DNA of 64,000 bases, taken from Vulcanimicrobiota bacterium (GTDB taxonomy: Bacteria > Vulcanimicrobiota > Vulcanimicrobiia > Vulcanimicrobiales > Vulcanimicrobiaceae). Position 1 is the stretch's first letter. The number at the start of each line of letters is the position of its first letter. A model generated the notes under the pieces. It made no database searches. It was not told where the DNA came from and was given only the letters and a program-made list of their open reading frames with translations. The position numbers were made by a program, and so were the translations under genes. Of the stretch, positions 37,431-49,109 are shown one piece after another. The stretch lies in assembly GCA_963695225.1 (NCBI GenBank), contig OY968762.1, forward strand, positions 1,440,001 to 1,504,000. The letters are read 5' to 3'.

Positions 37431-39050
37431 GTGAAGCACGTCGGAACCGCGTACAAGCAGCATGCGCCCGAGGGCGCCTACGATGCGATCGTGATCGGCT
37501 CCGGGATCGGCGGGCTCAGTGCCGCCGCCCTGCTCGCGATGCACGCGGGCATGAAGGTTCTCGTGCTGGAGCGCCACTTCACGGCAGGCGGATTCACCCA
37601 CGTGTTTCGCCGGCCGGGCTACGAATGGGACGTCGGCGTCCATTACGTCGGCGGGGTCACGCGGCCGGGCTCAGAGGTTCTCGCCGCCTTCGACCACGTC
37701 ACGGAGGGGCGGCTGCGCTGGAATCCGCTCCCCGACATCTACGACCGCGTCCTGATCGACGGGCGCAGCTACGATTTCCCGACCGGCCGGGAGCGCTTCC
37801 GGGCCAAGATGAAGCAGCGCTTCCCCGCCGAGGCGCAGGCCGTCGACGGCTATCTCCACGCGGTCGAAGCGACGGTCGCCGCGACCGGCGCTTACTATTC
37901 CGAGAAGGCGCTCCCGCCGGCCGTCGCGCGCCTGGCAGGCCCGTTACTGCGCTCGCGCTTCCTGCAGTATGCGGACCGCACAACACTCGACGTGATCCGG
38001 GGGTTCACCCGGGATCCGGAGCTGATCGCGGTGCTGACCGCGCAGTGGCCCGATTACGGGCTGCCCCCGGCTCAAAGCAGCTTCGCCGCCCACGCCATCG
38101 TGGCGAACCATTATTTTGAGGGCGCCGCCTACCCCGCCGGCGGCGCATCCGAGATCGCGGCCGGGATGGCTCCGGTCATCGAACGCGCCGGCGGCTCCAT
38201 CGTCGTCGGTGCCGAGGTCACCGAGATCGTGCTCGACCGCGAGCGCTGCGCCGCGGGCGTGCGGATCGCCGACGGCCGCGAATATCACGCCGGGATCGTG
38301 ATCAGCGACGCCGGCGCCGGGAACACCTTCGGCAAGCTCCTCCCAAGGGAGATCTCGGCACGCCTCGGCGTCCTCGAGGAACTCGAAGGGATCGGCCCCT
38401 CGATGAGCCACGTGTGCCTCTATGCCGGAGTTCGGCGCGCTCCGGGCGAGCCGGAGTTCGACGCGACGAATCTTTGGGTGTACGGCGGGAACGAACACGA
38501 CGCGAGCGTCGCACGTTTCGCCGCGGACCCGGAGGCGCCGTGGCCCGCGCTCTTCATCTCCTTCCCGTCGGCGAAGGATCCGACGTTCGAGGAACGTCAT
38601 CCCGGGCGTTCCACCATCGAAGTCGTCGCGCCGGTGCCCTTCGGCCTGTTCGAGCGTTGGGCGGACACGGCGTGGAAAAGGCGTGGCGCGGAGTACGACG
38701 CGTTCAAGCAGCGGCTCGCCGCGCGGTTGCTTGCGGAACTCGAACGCCACGTGCCCGCCGCGCGCGGCAGAATCGATTACAGCGAGCTCTCGACGCCGCT
38801 TTCGACGCGATCGTTCGCGAACTATCAACGGGGAGAGATCTACGGTCTCGCCGCCGTGCCGGCACGCTTCCGGGCTCGGGCGCTCAGCCCGCGGACGCCG
38901 ATACGCCGGCTCTACCTGACCGGTCAGGACGCCTGCTCCGCAGGCGTGACCGGGGCGCTGTTCGGCGGCGTGCTCTCCGCCTCGGCGATCCTCGGGAGAA
39001 ACCTCATGCCGGTCGTGTGCCGGCCCGCAGTTGCGGAGCGCGCGCGCTAG
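37431..39050 (+). CDS. FAD oxidoreductase, phytoene desaturase / retinol saturase-like
   Basis: IGSGIGGL, GG..H.F.R.GYEWDVG.HY, YP.GG.SEI, STPLS, LYLTGQD. Confidence 0.88.
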   Translation: MKHVGTAYKQHAPEGAYDAIVIGSGIGGLSAAALLAMHAGMKVLVLERHFTAGGFTHVFRRPGYEWDVGVHYVGGVTRPGSEVLAAFDHVTEGRLRWNPLPDIYDRVLIDGRSYDFPTGRERFRAKMKQRFPAEAQAVDGYLHAVEATVAATGAYYSEKALPPAVARLAGPLLRSRFLQYADRTTLDVIRGFTRDPELIAVLTAQWPDYGLPPAQSSFAAHAIVANHYFEGAAYPAGGASEIAAGMAPVIERAGGSIVVGAEVTEIVLDRERCAAGVRIADGREYHAGIVISDAGAGNTFGKLLPREISARLGVLEELEGIGPSMSHVCLYAGVRRAPGEPEFDATNLWVYGGNEHDASVARFAADPEAPWPALFISFPSAKDPTFEERHPGRSTIEVVAPVPFGLFERWADTAWKRRGAEYDAFKQRLAARLLAELERHVPAARGRIDYSELSTPLSTRSFANYQRGEIYGLAAVPARFRARALSPRTPIRRLYLTGQDACSAGVTGALFGGVLSASAILGRNLMPVVCRPAVAERAR

Positions 39051-39276
39051 TTCGGCCGCACCGGCGACCCTTCGGGCTCCTTCGAGCGGAATCGCAAGCC
39101 GGCTCAGCGTGCCCGGCGAACGAAGCGAGCGTTGCGATCGGGCTCGCCGTTTTCCGGCGCCTGTGACGCCGACCACCGCAAGACGGCGTCTAACGGGGGA
39201 ACAATAAGCCCCCAGAGTCCCTTTCCTGCCCGCCGCCAAGGGCAACCTGTTCCGGCGGTTTCTACAGAGGAGACGA

Positions 39277-39990
39277 ATGGATCAGAACCTGCAGACGCCC
39301 TATATCGAACCGCCGGCCTCGACGACGACCGGCGGCTTCGCTCACGTGGAGTTCGCGGAGAATCCCGAACCCCGCTGCGCCTGCATCCTGCTGCTGGACA
39401 CCTCGGGTTCCATGCAAGGCGCCCCGATCGCGCAACTGAACATGGGCCTCAAATCGTTCAAGGACGAGCTTGCGGCAGACCCCCTGGCGGCCAAGCGCGT
39501 CGAGGTCGCAGTCCTCACGTTCGGGGATTCCACGCAACTCGTGGCCGATTTCACCGACGCCGAGAACTTTCAGCCGCCGCACCTCACGGCCGCCGGACTC
39601 ACGCCGATGGGGGCCGCCCTCTGGGATGCGCTCGGCCGACTCCAAGCGCGCAAGGAACTTTACCGTGCCAACGGGATAGCCTATTACCGGCCCTGGGTCT
39701 TCTTGATCACCGACGGCGAACCGACCGACGAGTACCTCGGAGCGGCGCAGCAAATCCGGGACGGCGAGGCGCGCGGCGCATTCTCGTTCTATGCGGTCGG
39801 CGTCAACGATGCAAACATGCAGAAGCTCGCGGAGATCGCACCTTTGAACCGCCCTCCCGTCAAACTCGACGGCCTCCGCTTCCGCGACCTCTTCGTCTGG
39901 CTCTCGAAATCCATGCGAACGGTGTCGACCGCGACGATCGGGCAAGACGTCGCGTTGCAGCCCCCCGGTTGGATCACGACGCAAACGTGA
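39277..39990 (+). CDS. TerY-like vWA domain protein (YegL-like)
   Basis: NPEPRC.C.LLLDTSGSM (MIDAS), G.TPMG.A, YYRPWVFLITDGEPTD, F..LF.WLS.SM. Confidence 0.92.
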   Translation: MDQNLQTPYIEPPASTTTGGFAHVEFAENPEPRCACILLLDTSGSMQGAPIAQLNMGLKSFKDELAADPLAAKRVEVAVLTFGDSTQLVADFTDAENFQPPHLTAAGLTPMGAALWDALGRLQARKELYRANGIAYYRPWVFLITDGEPTDEYLGAAQQIRDGEARGAFSFYAVGVNDANMQKLAEIAPLNRPPVKLDGLRFRDLFVWLSKSMRTVSTATIGQDVALQPPGWITTQT

Positions 39991-40763
39991 CGTGGCGATA
40001 CGTTGACGGCTACGCCGTCGGCACATCGCATGTCGGAGCGCAAATGCCTTGCCAGGACCGGTGCGCCTGCACCGTGATCCGCAGCGCCGACGGCGGCGAA
40101 GTGTTCATGACCGTGGTGTCCGACGGGGCCGGGAGTGCCTCGCAGTCCGAGCTCGGCGCGCAGACGGTTTGCGACGTGCTCGTCGAACTCGCCGGCGCGC
40201 GCATGCGCGAGAGCAGCAACCTCGACGAGATCCCGGACGAGCTCGTCCGCGCGTGGCTCCTGGAAGTGCGCGAACGGTTGCGCGCGACGGCGCGCGAAGC
40301 CGATATCGAATTGCGCGAATACGCCGCGACGGCGCTTCTCGCGATCGCCGCCGACCGGCAAGCGCTCTGCGCGCAGATCGGCGACGGCGGGATCGTATTC
40401 CGGCGCACGCTCGAGGATGAGTTCGAACTCGCCGTCTGGCCGGTCGGCGGCGAATACGCGAATCAGACCTATTTCATCACCGACGAAGTCGCCGCGGAGC
40501 GCATCGAAATCCGGCGCTACGACTGCATCCACGACGTGATCGTCTTTTCCGACGGCTTGCAGAATCTCGCGCTGTTGCAGGCGACGCGCAGTCCGTTCGC
40601 GCCGTTCTTCGAGCCGCTCGTGCGAACCGTCCGCGGCAACGGCGCGGCAAACGGCGTCATGCGCGAAGAGCTGGTCGCTTACCTCAATTCGCCTGCGATC
40701 AACCGGCGCACGGACGACGACAAGGCGCTCGCGATCGGCTGCCGGATGGTGCCCGACGAGTGA
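39987..40763 (+). CDS. PP2C-family Ser/Thr phosphatase (YegK/PphC-like)
   Basis: GTSH....PCQD, VSDGAGSA, QIGDG, GEYANQT.F, SDGL, TDDDK; GTGA overlap with the vWA gene. Confidence 0.92.
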   Translation: MTWRYVDGYAVGTSHVGAQMPCQDRCACTVIRSADGGEVFMTVVSDGAGSASQSELGAQTVCDVLVELAGARMRESSNLDEIPDELVRAWLLEVRERLRATAREADIELREYAATALLAIAADRQALCAQIGDGGIVFRRTLEDEFELAVWPVGGEYANQTYFITDEVAAERIEIRRYDCIHDVIVFSDGLQNLALLQATRSPFAPFFEPLVRTVRGNGAANGVMREELVAYLNSPAINRRTDDDKALAIGCRMVPDE

Positions 40764-42718
40764 AATTCCAGGACTCGTCGGGCACCATCCTGACGTTGGC
40801 CAAGAAACTCGGCGAAGGCGGCGAGGGCGCCGTCTTCACGACGCACGAGAATACGAAAGTCGTCGCAAAACTCTACTCTGCGCCGCTCACGAAGCTGCAG
40901 ATCGCAAAACTCGAAACGATGGTCGCCGCCGCCGACGATACGCTCGGCGCCGTCGCCGCCTGGCCCCTCTCGATGCTCTATAGGAGCTCGCGCCCCGTCG
41001 GATTCACGATGCCGCGCCTGGACGGGCAGAGCCCGCTGCACGATCTACTCGGCCCCAAGCGCCGCCAGGACCTCTTCCCGCACGCGCATTGGAAGTTCCT
41101 CATCCACACGGCGATCAACTTGGCGCGCTCGTTCGAGGTGCTGCACGGCCGGAACATCGTCGTCGGCGACGTGAATTCCAGCAACATCTTCGTGCAACGC
41201 GATTCGGTGACGCATCTGATCGATTGCGACAGCTTCCAGATTCCGTACAACGGCTCGGTGCTGCGTTGCAACGTCGGCGTCGCGGAGTACCAGCCGCCCG
41301 AATTGCAGAGCCGCGACCTCTCGCGCGTCGATCGCCTGCCGCAGCACGATCTCTTCGGCCTCGCGGTCATGATCTTTCAACTGCTCTTCGTCGGCAAGCA
41401 CCCGTTCGCGGGCGTCCTTCCGCCGCACATCCGCAACACGGGCGCGATCGGCGACAACGTCGCGGCGAAGCGCTTCTTCTACGGCCAGCACGCGATTCGC
41501 AACGGTCTGCGCCCGCCGCCGGGCGCGCTGAACCTGCAAGCGATCACGCCGCAGATGTCGGCCTACTTCATCCAAGCGTTTTTGGCCGAGCCCGGAACGC
41601 GGCCGACGGCCTCGGCCTGGCGCGGCGCGCTCGAGGATCTCGAAGCGAAGACGGTCGCCTGCAAGGCGAACGCGATCCATCGCCACCTGCAGACGACGCG
41701 TTGCCCGTGGTGCGCGCTCGAACGCGGGGGGCTCTACTATTTCGTGCTCGATACGCCCGCTGCGGCCCAGGGCGGCATCGACGACGCATTCTGGAAGCGC
41801 TTCGGCGACGCCGAGATCCAACGCGTGTGGAACGAGATCGCTTCGATCTCGCCGCCGCCGCCCGTCAGCGACAAGATCGCGCACCAGCGCGAATGCAAAC
41901 CGAAACCGCTCTCGCTCTGGACGGCGCCGCGCAAGTGGGCCTATGCGGCCGGCGCCGCGGCGCTCGTGGCCGGCGTCGTCACGACGTTCGCAATCGGGGC
42001 GCCGATTCTCTCGGTCCTCGTATTCATCGTGGCGGCGGGCCTCGCCGTGCTCTTCCGTCCGGATGCGCGCTCCGTCATGGAAGCGCGCCGCAGGCGCCAC
42101 GCCCAGGCGAAGCGTGCCTACGAAGCCGTCTCGAAAGAGTGGGCGCGCGCGGCCCGGAACACGCGCTTCACGGAGGCTCGCGATCAGCTCGTTACGGCCA
42201 AGCGCCAGCTCTCCGAGCAGCGCTCGCGCTATCAGGCGGACCTCGCGAACCTGCACAAACATCGCGCGCGCAAGGAGCTCGAGGCCTTCCTCGAACGGCA
42301 CATCCTCTTCGCCTACCGGATCCCCGAGATCGGGAAGAAGACGCAGGCGCTCCTGCTCTCGTTCGGAATCGAGACCGCCGCCGACGTCACGGACGCGAAG
42401 CTCGCGCGCATTCCCACGCTCTCGTACGAACGCAAGCAGAACCTGATCGCGTGGCGCAAGAGCATCGAGCATCGGTTCCGTTTCAACCCCAAGGGCGGGC
42501 TCGATCACCGGCTGCTGCGAGACCTTGCGGCGCGCCACATGCGCGAGCGCACCGTCAATCAGACGAAGCTTGCCGGCGGCGCGGCGCTGCTGCGGAGCAT
42601 CGCCTCGGAGACGGCGCGACAACGCCCGGCCCTCCAGCGCCTCGTCATCGAGCGCACCGAGGCCTTGCGGCAAGCGGAAGCCGATCTCGACATCCCTGCG
42701 TTCCTGTACCGGCTGTAG
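40760..42718 (+). CDS. Ser/Thr kinase with TM helices and C-terminal helix-hairpin-helix (YegI-like)
   Basis: GEGGEG, VAKLY, VGDVN..N, IDCDSFQ, EYQPPE, C..N..H......CPWC, IPEIG......L.SFGIETAAD. Confidence 0.9.
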   Translation: MKFQDSSGTILTLAKKLGEGGEGAVFTTHENTKVVAKLYSAPLTKLQIAKLETMVAAADDTLGAVAAWPLSMLYRSSRPVGFTMPRLDGQSPLHDLLGPKRRQDLFPHAHWKFLIHTAINLARSFEVLHGRNIVVGDVNSSNIFVQRDSVTHLIDCDSFQIPYNGSVLRCNVGVAEYQPPELQSRDLSRVDRLPQHDLFGLAVMIFQLLFVGKHPFAGVLPPHIRNTGAIGDNVAAKRFFYGQHAIRNGLRPPPGALNLQAITPQMSAYFIQAFLAEPGTRPTASAWRGALEDLEAKTVACKANAIHRHLQTTRCPWCALERGGLYYFVLDTPAAAQGGIDDAFWKRFGDAEIQRVWNEIASISPPPPVSDKIAHQRECKPKPLSLWTAPRKWAYAAGAAALVAGVVTTFAIGAPILSVLVFIVAAGLAVLFRPDARSVMEARRRRHAQAKRAYEAVSKEWARAARNTRFTEARDQLVTAKRQLSEQRSRYQADLANLHKHRARKELEAFLERHILFAYRIPEIGKKTQALLLSFGIETAADVTDAKLARIPTLSYERKQNLIAWRKSIEHRFRFNPKGGLDHRLLRDLAARHMRERTVNQTKLAGGAALLRSIASETARQRPALQRLVIERTEALRQAEADLDIPAFLYRL

Positions 42719-42780
42719 CGCAGCGTTGCAACCGCACGTCCCTCGATCCGTTTGAACAAACGAGACCGAGGAGATCGACC

Positions 42781-43560
42781 GTGCCGCACGCGATGCCCGC
42801 CGTGTTCTTCGGACACGGCAACCCGATGAACGCGATCCAGGACACCCCCTACACCCGCGCCTGGAGGGCGTTCGGGGCCGCGCTGCCGCGCCCGAAAGCC
42901 GTGCTCGCGATCTCGGCCCACTGGTACCTGCCCGGCACGCTGGTGACGGCGATGGAAGCTCCGCGCACGATCCACGATTTCGGCGGCTTTCCGCCGGAGT
43001 TGTACCGCGTCCAGTACCCCGCCCCGGGGGATCCGGCGCTAGCCCGGCGCGTTGCCGAGCTCCTCTCGCCGCTCTCCGTCGGAAGCGACCGGCTCTGGGG
43101 GCTCGACCACGGAACCTGGGCCGTGCTGTGCCACGTATTCCCGAACGCGGACGTTCCGATCGTACAGCTCAGCATCGACGAAAGCCGCCCCCCGGCATTT
43201 CACTATGAAGTCGGCAAGCTGCTCGCACCGCTGCGCGACGAGGGGATCCTCATCGCGGGGAGCGGGAATCTCGTCCACAACCTGCACGCGTACGCCTGGG
43301 GCCGGCACGTTCCCCAGCCGTTCGACTGGGCTCTGCGTTTCGAAGAGCGCGTCCGCAGCGCGCTCGTGGCGGGCGACGACCTGCAGATCATCGACTACGA
43401 GGCGCTCGGAAGCGATGCGCTCCTCTCCGTCCCGACGCCCGAGCACTACCTCCCGCTGCTCTACGTCATCGGCGCGCGACGGCCGGGCGAGCGCATCACC
43501 TTCCCGGTCGAGGGAATCGACGGCGGTTCGATATCGATGCTCTCAGTCCAGGTCGGCTGA
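42781..43560 (+). CDS. ygiD: 4,5-DOPA-type extradiol dioxygenase (YgiD/LigB family)
   Basis: FFGHGNPM, ISAHW, TIHDFGGFP, GLDHG.W, GSGN.VHNL, PTPEHYLP. Confidence 0.92.
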   Translation: MPHAMPAVFFGHGNPMNAIQDTPYTRAWRAFGAALPRPKAVLAISAHWYLPGTLVTAMEAPRTIHDFGGFPPELYRVQYPAPGDPALARRVAELLSPLSVGSDRLWGLDHGTWAVLCHVFPNADVPIVQLSIDESRPPAFHYEVGKLLAPLRDEGILIAGSGNLVHNLHAYAWGRHVPQPFDWALRFEERVRSALVAGDDLQIIDYEALGSDALLSVPTPEHYLPLLYVIGARRPGERITFPVEGIDGGSISMLSVQVG

Positions 43561-43574
43561 GGCCGGCCCGGCCG

Positions 43575-44138
43575 CTAACGGCGGCCGAGTAGGAAGCTCG
43601 GGAGCACCTTCTCGCTCGTCGCCCGCGTGTAGTGCTCGCGGTCGATTTCCGTCCAGTACTCGCGGAGGTCCGAGAACAGCGTGGCCGCCCTCTTGAGGTC
43701 GCCCGCGTAGAACGCGCCCATCGCGGCGTTGCGGCAAGCTTGTACGAGGATCGGCTCGCGGAACGCCCGGCGAAACGCCGGGAGATCGCCGCACAAGAAC
43801 GCGGAGCAGTTCGCGCGCAAGCGCGCGATCTGCCGCTCCATCTCGCTCGCGAGCGATTCGTGCGTCCGCCCGGGGGTTCCGGCGGAACCCGTCGGCGGCG
43901 TTCCGAGCAACGTCGCTAGCGAATGGGTCTGCTCGAGCGCGCTGTCCTCGAGCGAAATCTCGAGCGCCGGCTCCTGGGAGAAATCGTACGAGAGGACCAC
44001 GGCCCTCCCGGCGGCGCGGTACCAGGCTCCGACGGGCAACTCGCTCGACTGAGTCAATTTGAAGCCGAATTCGCGGTTGAGGAAGTCGAAGCGGTCTTCG
44101 ACGATCGGAAGGAGACCGGTGGCTAACATGCCTCTCAT
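43575..44138 (-). CDS. Hypothetical protein divergent from prk
   Basis: Fills the ygiD-prk gap with protein-like composition; no family recognised; start uncertain. Confidence 0.6.
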   Translation of the reverse strand: MRGMLATGLLPIVEDRFDFLNREFGFKLTQSSELPVGAWYRAAGRAVVLSYDFSQEPALEISLEDSALEQTHSLATLLGTPPTGSAGTPGRTHESLASEMERQIARLRANCSAFLCGDLPAFRRAFREPILVQACRNAAMGAFYAGDLKRAATLFSDLREYWTEIDREHYTRATSEKVLPSFLLGRR

Positions 44139-44203
44139 TATCGGCAAAGTGTGATCCGGATCGTAGTCAAGCAAGGAAAGCAGTCGACAAAAGTCGTAAT
44201 CCC

Positions 44204-45166
44204 ATGGTCCAGTCCAATGAACTCGCGGAGGCCATCCAATTGCCGAGCAGACCGATCATGATCGCCGTCGGAGGCGATTCCGGAACCGGAAAGACGACCC
44301 TGTGCCGGGGCATCGACCGCATTTTCGGGGCCGACCGCATCGAGACGATTTGCCTCGACGACTACCATTCGCTCGACCGGGCCCAGCGCAAGGCGGTCGG
44401 TTTCACCGCACTCGACCCGCGCGCGAACAATTTCGCCGCGATGGAAGAGGACATGTGGTCCCTGCGCGAGGGCCGGGCGATCGACAAGCCCGTGTACGAT
44501 CACTCCGACGGCACGTTCAAGGCGCCCGAGCGCATCGAGCCGCGGGAGATCATCGTCGTGCAGGGGCTCTTCCCGCTCTACACGCGTTCGCTGCGCGCGC
44601 TCTTCGACATCACGGTCTGGCTCGATCCCGAGCCCGCACTCAAGCTGGCCTGGAAGATCCAGCGCGACACGATGCAGCGCGGGTACACGGAAGCCGAAGT
44701 CTTGAGCGAGCTCGAGAAGCGGCGCCCGGATATCGAGGCCCACATCCAGCCACAGGGCAAGCACGCCGATCTCACCGTCGAGTTCCACCGTTCCGCCGGC
44801 CTCGCGGGAGACGATCCGACGAAGCTCTCGGCCCGCATCCGCAAGGGCGGCCGCTTCCCTGCGCTCGACTATAGCGAGTTCGCGAGCCGGGGCACCTCGA
44901 TCCGCCAGCTCGCGGCGGAGACGAGCGGTTTTCCCCAGACGTTGATCGAACTCGACGGCCACATCGACCCGGAAACGGCCGAAGCGGTCGAGGACAAGAT
45001 CTGGTCGCACATGTCGACCCACGCCCACCTTCGGCCCGAGCGGCTCGGCGAATTCGTCGACGCTGCCGGAAACAAGAGAACCGGTTACACACTTGCCCTC
45101 GCCCAGTTGCTGATCGCGCGCCGCGTCGTCCTGGTCGAGAACGAACTGCTTGAGGGAGTCCGCTAG
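44204..45166 (+). CDS. prk: Phosphoribulokinase
   Basis: [42 protein letters not shown]; abuts cbbL. Confidence 0.93.
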   Translation: MVQSNELAEAIQLPSRPIMIAVGGDSGTGKTTLCRGIDRIFGADRIETICLDDYHSLDRAQRKAVGFTALDPRANNFAAMEEDMWSLREGRAIDKPVYDHSDGTFKAPERIEPREIIVVQGLFPLYTRSLRALFDITVWLDPEPALKLAWKIQRDTMQRGYTEAEVLSELEKRRPDIEAHIQPQGKHADLTVEFHRSAGLAGDDPTKLSARIRKGGRFPALDYSEFASRGTSIRQLAAETSGFPQTLIELDGHIDPETAEAVEDKIWSHMSTHAHLRPERLGEFVDAAGNKRTGYTLALAQLLIARRVVLVENELLEGVR

Positions 45167-46618
<1,452 letters not shown>

Positions 46619-46626
46619 AGGTAACG

Positions 46627-47055
46627 ATGCATCTCACGCAAGGCGCGTTCTCTTTTCTTCCCCCGCTGACCGACGAGCAGATCGAGAAGCAGATCCAGTA
46701 CGCACTCGATCACGATTGGCCCGTCTCGATCGAATACACGGACGATCCGCATCCGCGCAACTCGTATTGGGAAATGTTCGGGCTGCCGATGTTCGATCTC
46801 AAAGATGCTAAGGCGGTCATGCAGCACGTCCACAAGGCGCGCGAGCACCACGCGAACGCTTACATCAAGCTCAACGCGTTCGACGCGCGGCTGGGCCGCC
46901 AGACGACGGCGCTGAGCTTCATCATCCACCGTCCGAAGCACGAACCCGGCTTCCGGCTCGACCGCACGACGGGCGAGGACCGCCAGGTCGTCACGGGGCT
47001 TCACTCGTACGCGATGGATAAGCCCCACGGCCAGCGCTACCCCTCGGGGGAATGA
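46627..47055 (+). CDS. cbbS: RuBisCO small subunit, red-type
   Basis: [48 protein letters not shown]. Confidence 0.96.
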   Translation: MHLTQGAFSFLPPLTDEQIEKQIQYALDHDWPVSIEYTDDPHPRNSYWEMFGLPMFDLKDAKAVMQHVHKAREHHANAYIKLNAFDARLGRQTTALSFIIHRPKHEPGFRLDRTTGEDRQVVTGLHSYAMDKPHGQRYPSGE

Positions 47056-47948
47056 GTAGCGATATCGAAGCGGCGAAGGGGTCGAGCATGCTCGACCTCG
47101 ATGCAGCCTATCGCGATTCGCACGTCGGCGAGATTCTCGCTCAACTCGACCGAGAACTCGTCGGCTTAACCCCGGTCAAGACGCGCATCCGCGAGATCGC
47201 GCACCTGCTCTTGATCGACAAGATCCGCAAGCAAGTCGGCTTGAGCTCGGAGCCTCCGCCGCTGCACATGTCGTTCACGGGGCGCCCCGGTACCGGAAAG
47301 ACGACCGTCGCGTTGCGCATGGCCGAGATCCTGCACCGGCTCGGCTACATCCGGCGCGGGCACCTCGTCGTCGCGACGCGCGACGATCTGGTCGGTCAAT
47401 ATATCGGGCACACGGCCCCGAAGACGAAAGAGGTGCTCAAGCGCGCGATGGGCGGAGTGCTCTTCATCGACGAGGCGTATTACCTCTACAAGCCCGAGAA
47501 CGAACGCGACTACGGCGGCGAGGCGATCGAGATCCTGCTCCAGGTGATGGAGAACCAGCGCGACGACCTCGTCGTGATCTTCGCGGGCTACAAGGACCGC
47601 ATGGACGCGTTCTTCGCGAGCAATCCCGGCTTGAGCTCACGCGTCGCCAACCACATCGATTTCCCGGATTACTCGGTCGACGAACTCGTCGCGATCGCGC
47701 ACTTGATGCTCGAAAAGCTGCACTATTCGTTCTCGCCCGCCGCGGAGCGCGCGTTCCGCGAATACGTCGTCCTGCGCATGAAGCAACCGCAGTTCGCGAA
47801 CGCGCGCAGCGTCCGCAACGCGATCGACCGGGCTCGCCTGCGCCAGGCAAACCGGCTCTTCGAGCGCGGCGGCACCGTAACGCCGGCCGACCTGCAGACG
47901 ATCGACGAAGCCGACATCCGCAAAAGCCGCATCTTCGCGACGTCCTGA
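47052..47948 (+). CDS. cbbX: RuBisCO activase CbbX (AAA+)
   Basis: [43 protein letters not shown]. Confidence 0.96.
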   Translation: MSSDIEAAKGSSMLDLDAAYRDSHVGEILAQLDRELVGLTPVKTRIREIAHLLLIDKIRKQVGLSSEPPPLHMSFTGRPGTGKTTVALRMAEILHRLGYIRRGHLVVATRDDLVGQYIGHTAPKTKEVLKRAMGGVLFIDEAYYLYKPENERDYGGEAIEILLQVMENQRDDLVVIFAGYKDRMDAFFASNPGLSSRVANHIDFPDYSVDELVAIAHLMLEKLHYSFSPAAERAFREYVVLRMKQPQFANARSVRNAIDRARLRQANRLFERGGTVTPADLQTIDEADIRKSRIFATS

Positions 47949-47997
47949 GCCCCAAACGTCATCCCGAACGACGCGAACGCAATCGCCCATCGAACGC

Positions 47998-48158
47998 AGG
48001 TAGCGTCCGGGGCGGGGCGGGGTTTCTCCGCGGGGCGTGCAGCTCGCCCGCGAAGCCACGATGGCGAGAGCGGGCGAGTGCACGAGTAGCGATTTCGCAC
48101 GGATGCGAAATCGCGGGCGTCCCCGCGGAGGAACCCCGCCCCGCCCCGGACGCGGGCC
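47998..48158 (+). repeat. Nested-hairpin intergenic repeat, copy 3
   Basis: 33-bp outer stem 48003-48035/48121-48153 with one T.G pair; same core as copies 1 and 2. Confidence 0.9.
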
Positions 48159-48176
48159 ACGCAGGCAAGATCGGAT

Positions 48177-49064
48177 CTAGCCGGTGACGGCCGCCGAGGG
48201 CCGCCCGCTAGGCGCGGCGGGTTGCGATAGCAGTTGCGGCGAGCGTTCGCCCACGAGAAAGACCGGCAACTCCGCGATCGAGAATTGCATCCCGGTCCAG
48301 AACGGCCCGAACTCCGCGTACTTCGCGCTCGCCTCGTCGAAGCGCATCTCGTAGACGAGCTTCTTGAACGTCAGCGGATCGTCCGCGTACAGATCGACGC
48401 CCCATTCCCAATCGTCGAAGCCGATCGAACCCGAGATCACCTGCGTCACCTGCCCGTGGAACGAGCGGCCGATCTTGCCGTGATCGAGCATCAACTGCGC
48501 GCGCTCCTCGTACGGCAGCGAGTACCAGTTCACGCGCTCGCCGCGCTTCTTGTTCATCGGATAGAAGCAGACGTAGCGCCGCGGCGGGACCTTGGCCCAC
48601 AACCGCGCCGCGTTGCGCGGCTGCAGCGCTTGCTCGGCGATGAGGCCGTCGAACGCCGCGATCCATTCCTGGGAGTTCGGCTTGAGGCCGCGATCGCGCA
48701 GTTCGGCGTGGATGCGTCCCGTCGCCTCGTAGAGGCCGAGTTCCAACACCGAGACGTACGAGCCGCGCGCTTCCAGGTACTCCGCGAGCTCGAGCTTGTC
48801 GACGAGCGCTTGCGCGACCGCGAGATCGTCGAACGATCTCGCGTAATGCGTGAACATCAGATCGCCCTTGTGCCCGAGAAGCTGCGCGAGCGCGCAATCA
48901 CTCTCCGGGCCCGCCGCCGGCGGCTCGAGGGCGGCGACGGCGGCCGCCGCGATCGCTTCGCGGCGCTCGGCCCCGAGCGCATCGAAACGCCTGCGGTCGA
49001 ACCGGAACATGCGGTGCAGGATGTGCCAGCTATCGAGGGATTCGGGGACGTCCGGATGTCGCAT
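48177..49064 (-). CDS. chdC: Coproheme decarboxylase (HemQ/ChdC, chlorite dismutase-like)
   Basis: CFYPMNKKR...NWYSLP.EER..LM..HG.IGR, GSIGFDDWEWGV, VYEMRFDE.SA.YAEFGPF. Confidence 0.88.
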   Translation of the reverse strand: MRHPDVPESLDSWHILHRMFRFDRRRFDALGAERREAIAAAAVAALEPPAAGPESDCALAQLLGHKGDLMFTHYARSFDDLAVAQALVDKLELAEYLEARGSYVSVLELGLYEATGRIHAELRDRGLKPNSQEWIAAFDGLIAEQALQPRNAARLWAKVPPRRYVCFYPMNKKRGERVNWYSLPYEERAQLMLDHGKIGRSFHGQVTQVISGSIGFDDWEWGVDLYADDPLTFKKLVYEMRFDEASAKYAEFGPFWTGMQFSIAELPVFLVGERSPQLLSQPAAPSGRPSAAVTG

Positions 49065-49109
49065 GAGGCTAGCTTCGCGCGCCCGGGCGCCCGTTGCCTG
49101 TGCCCACCG

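Noticed and set aside
41089..43560. 823-aa ORF apparently fusing upstream sequence to the dioxygenase
   Set aside because: The upstream part is an alternate frame of the kinase gene; ygiD has its own GAGGAG RBS and GTG start at 42781.
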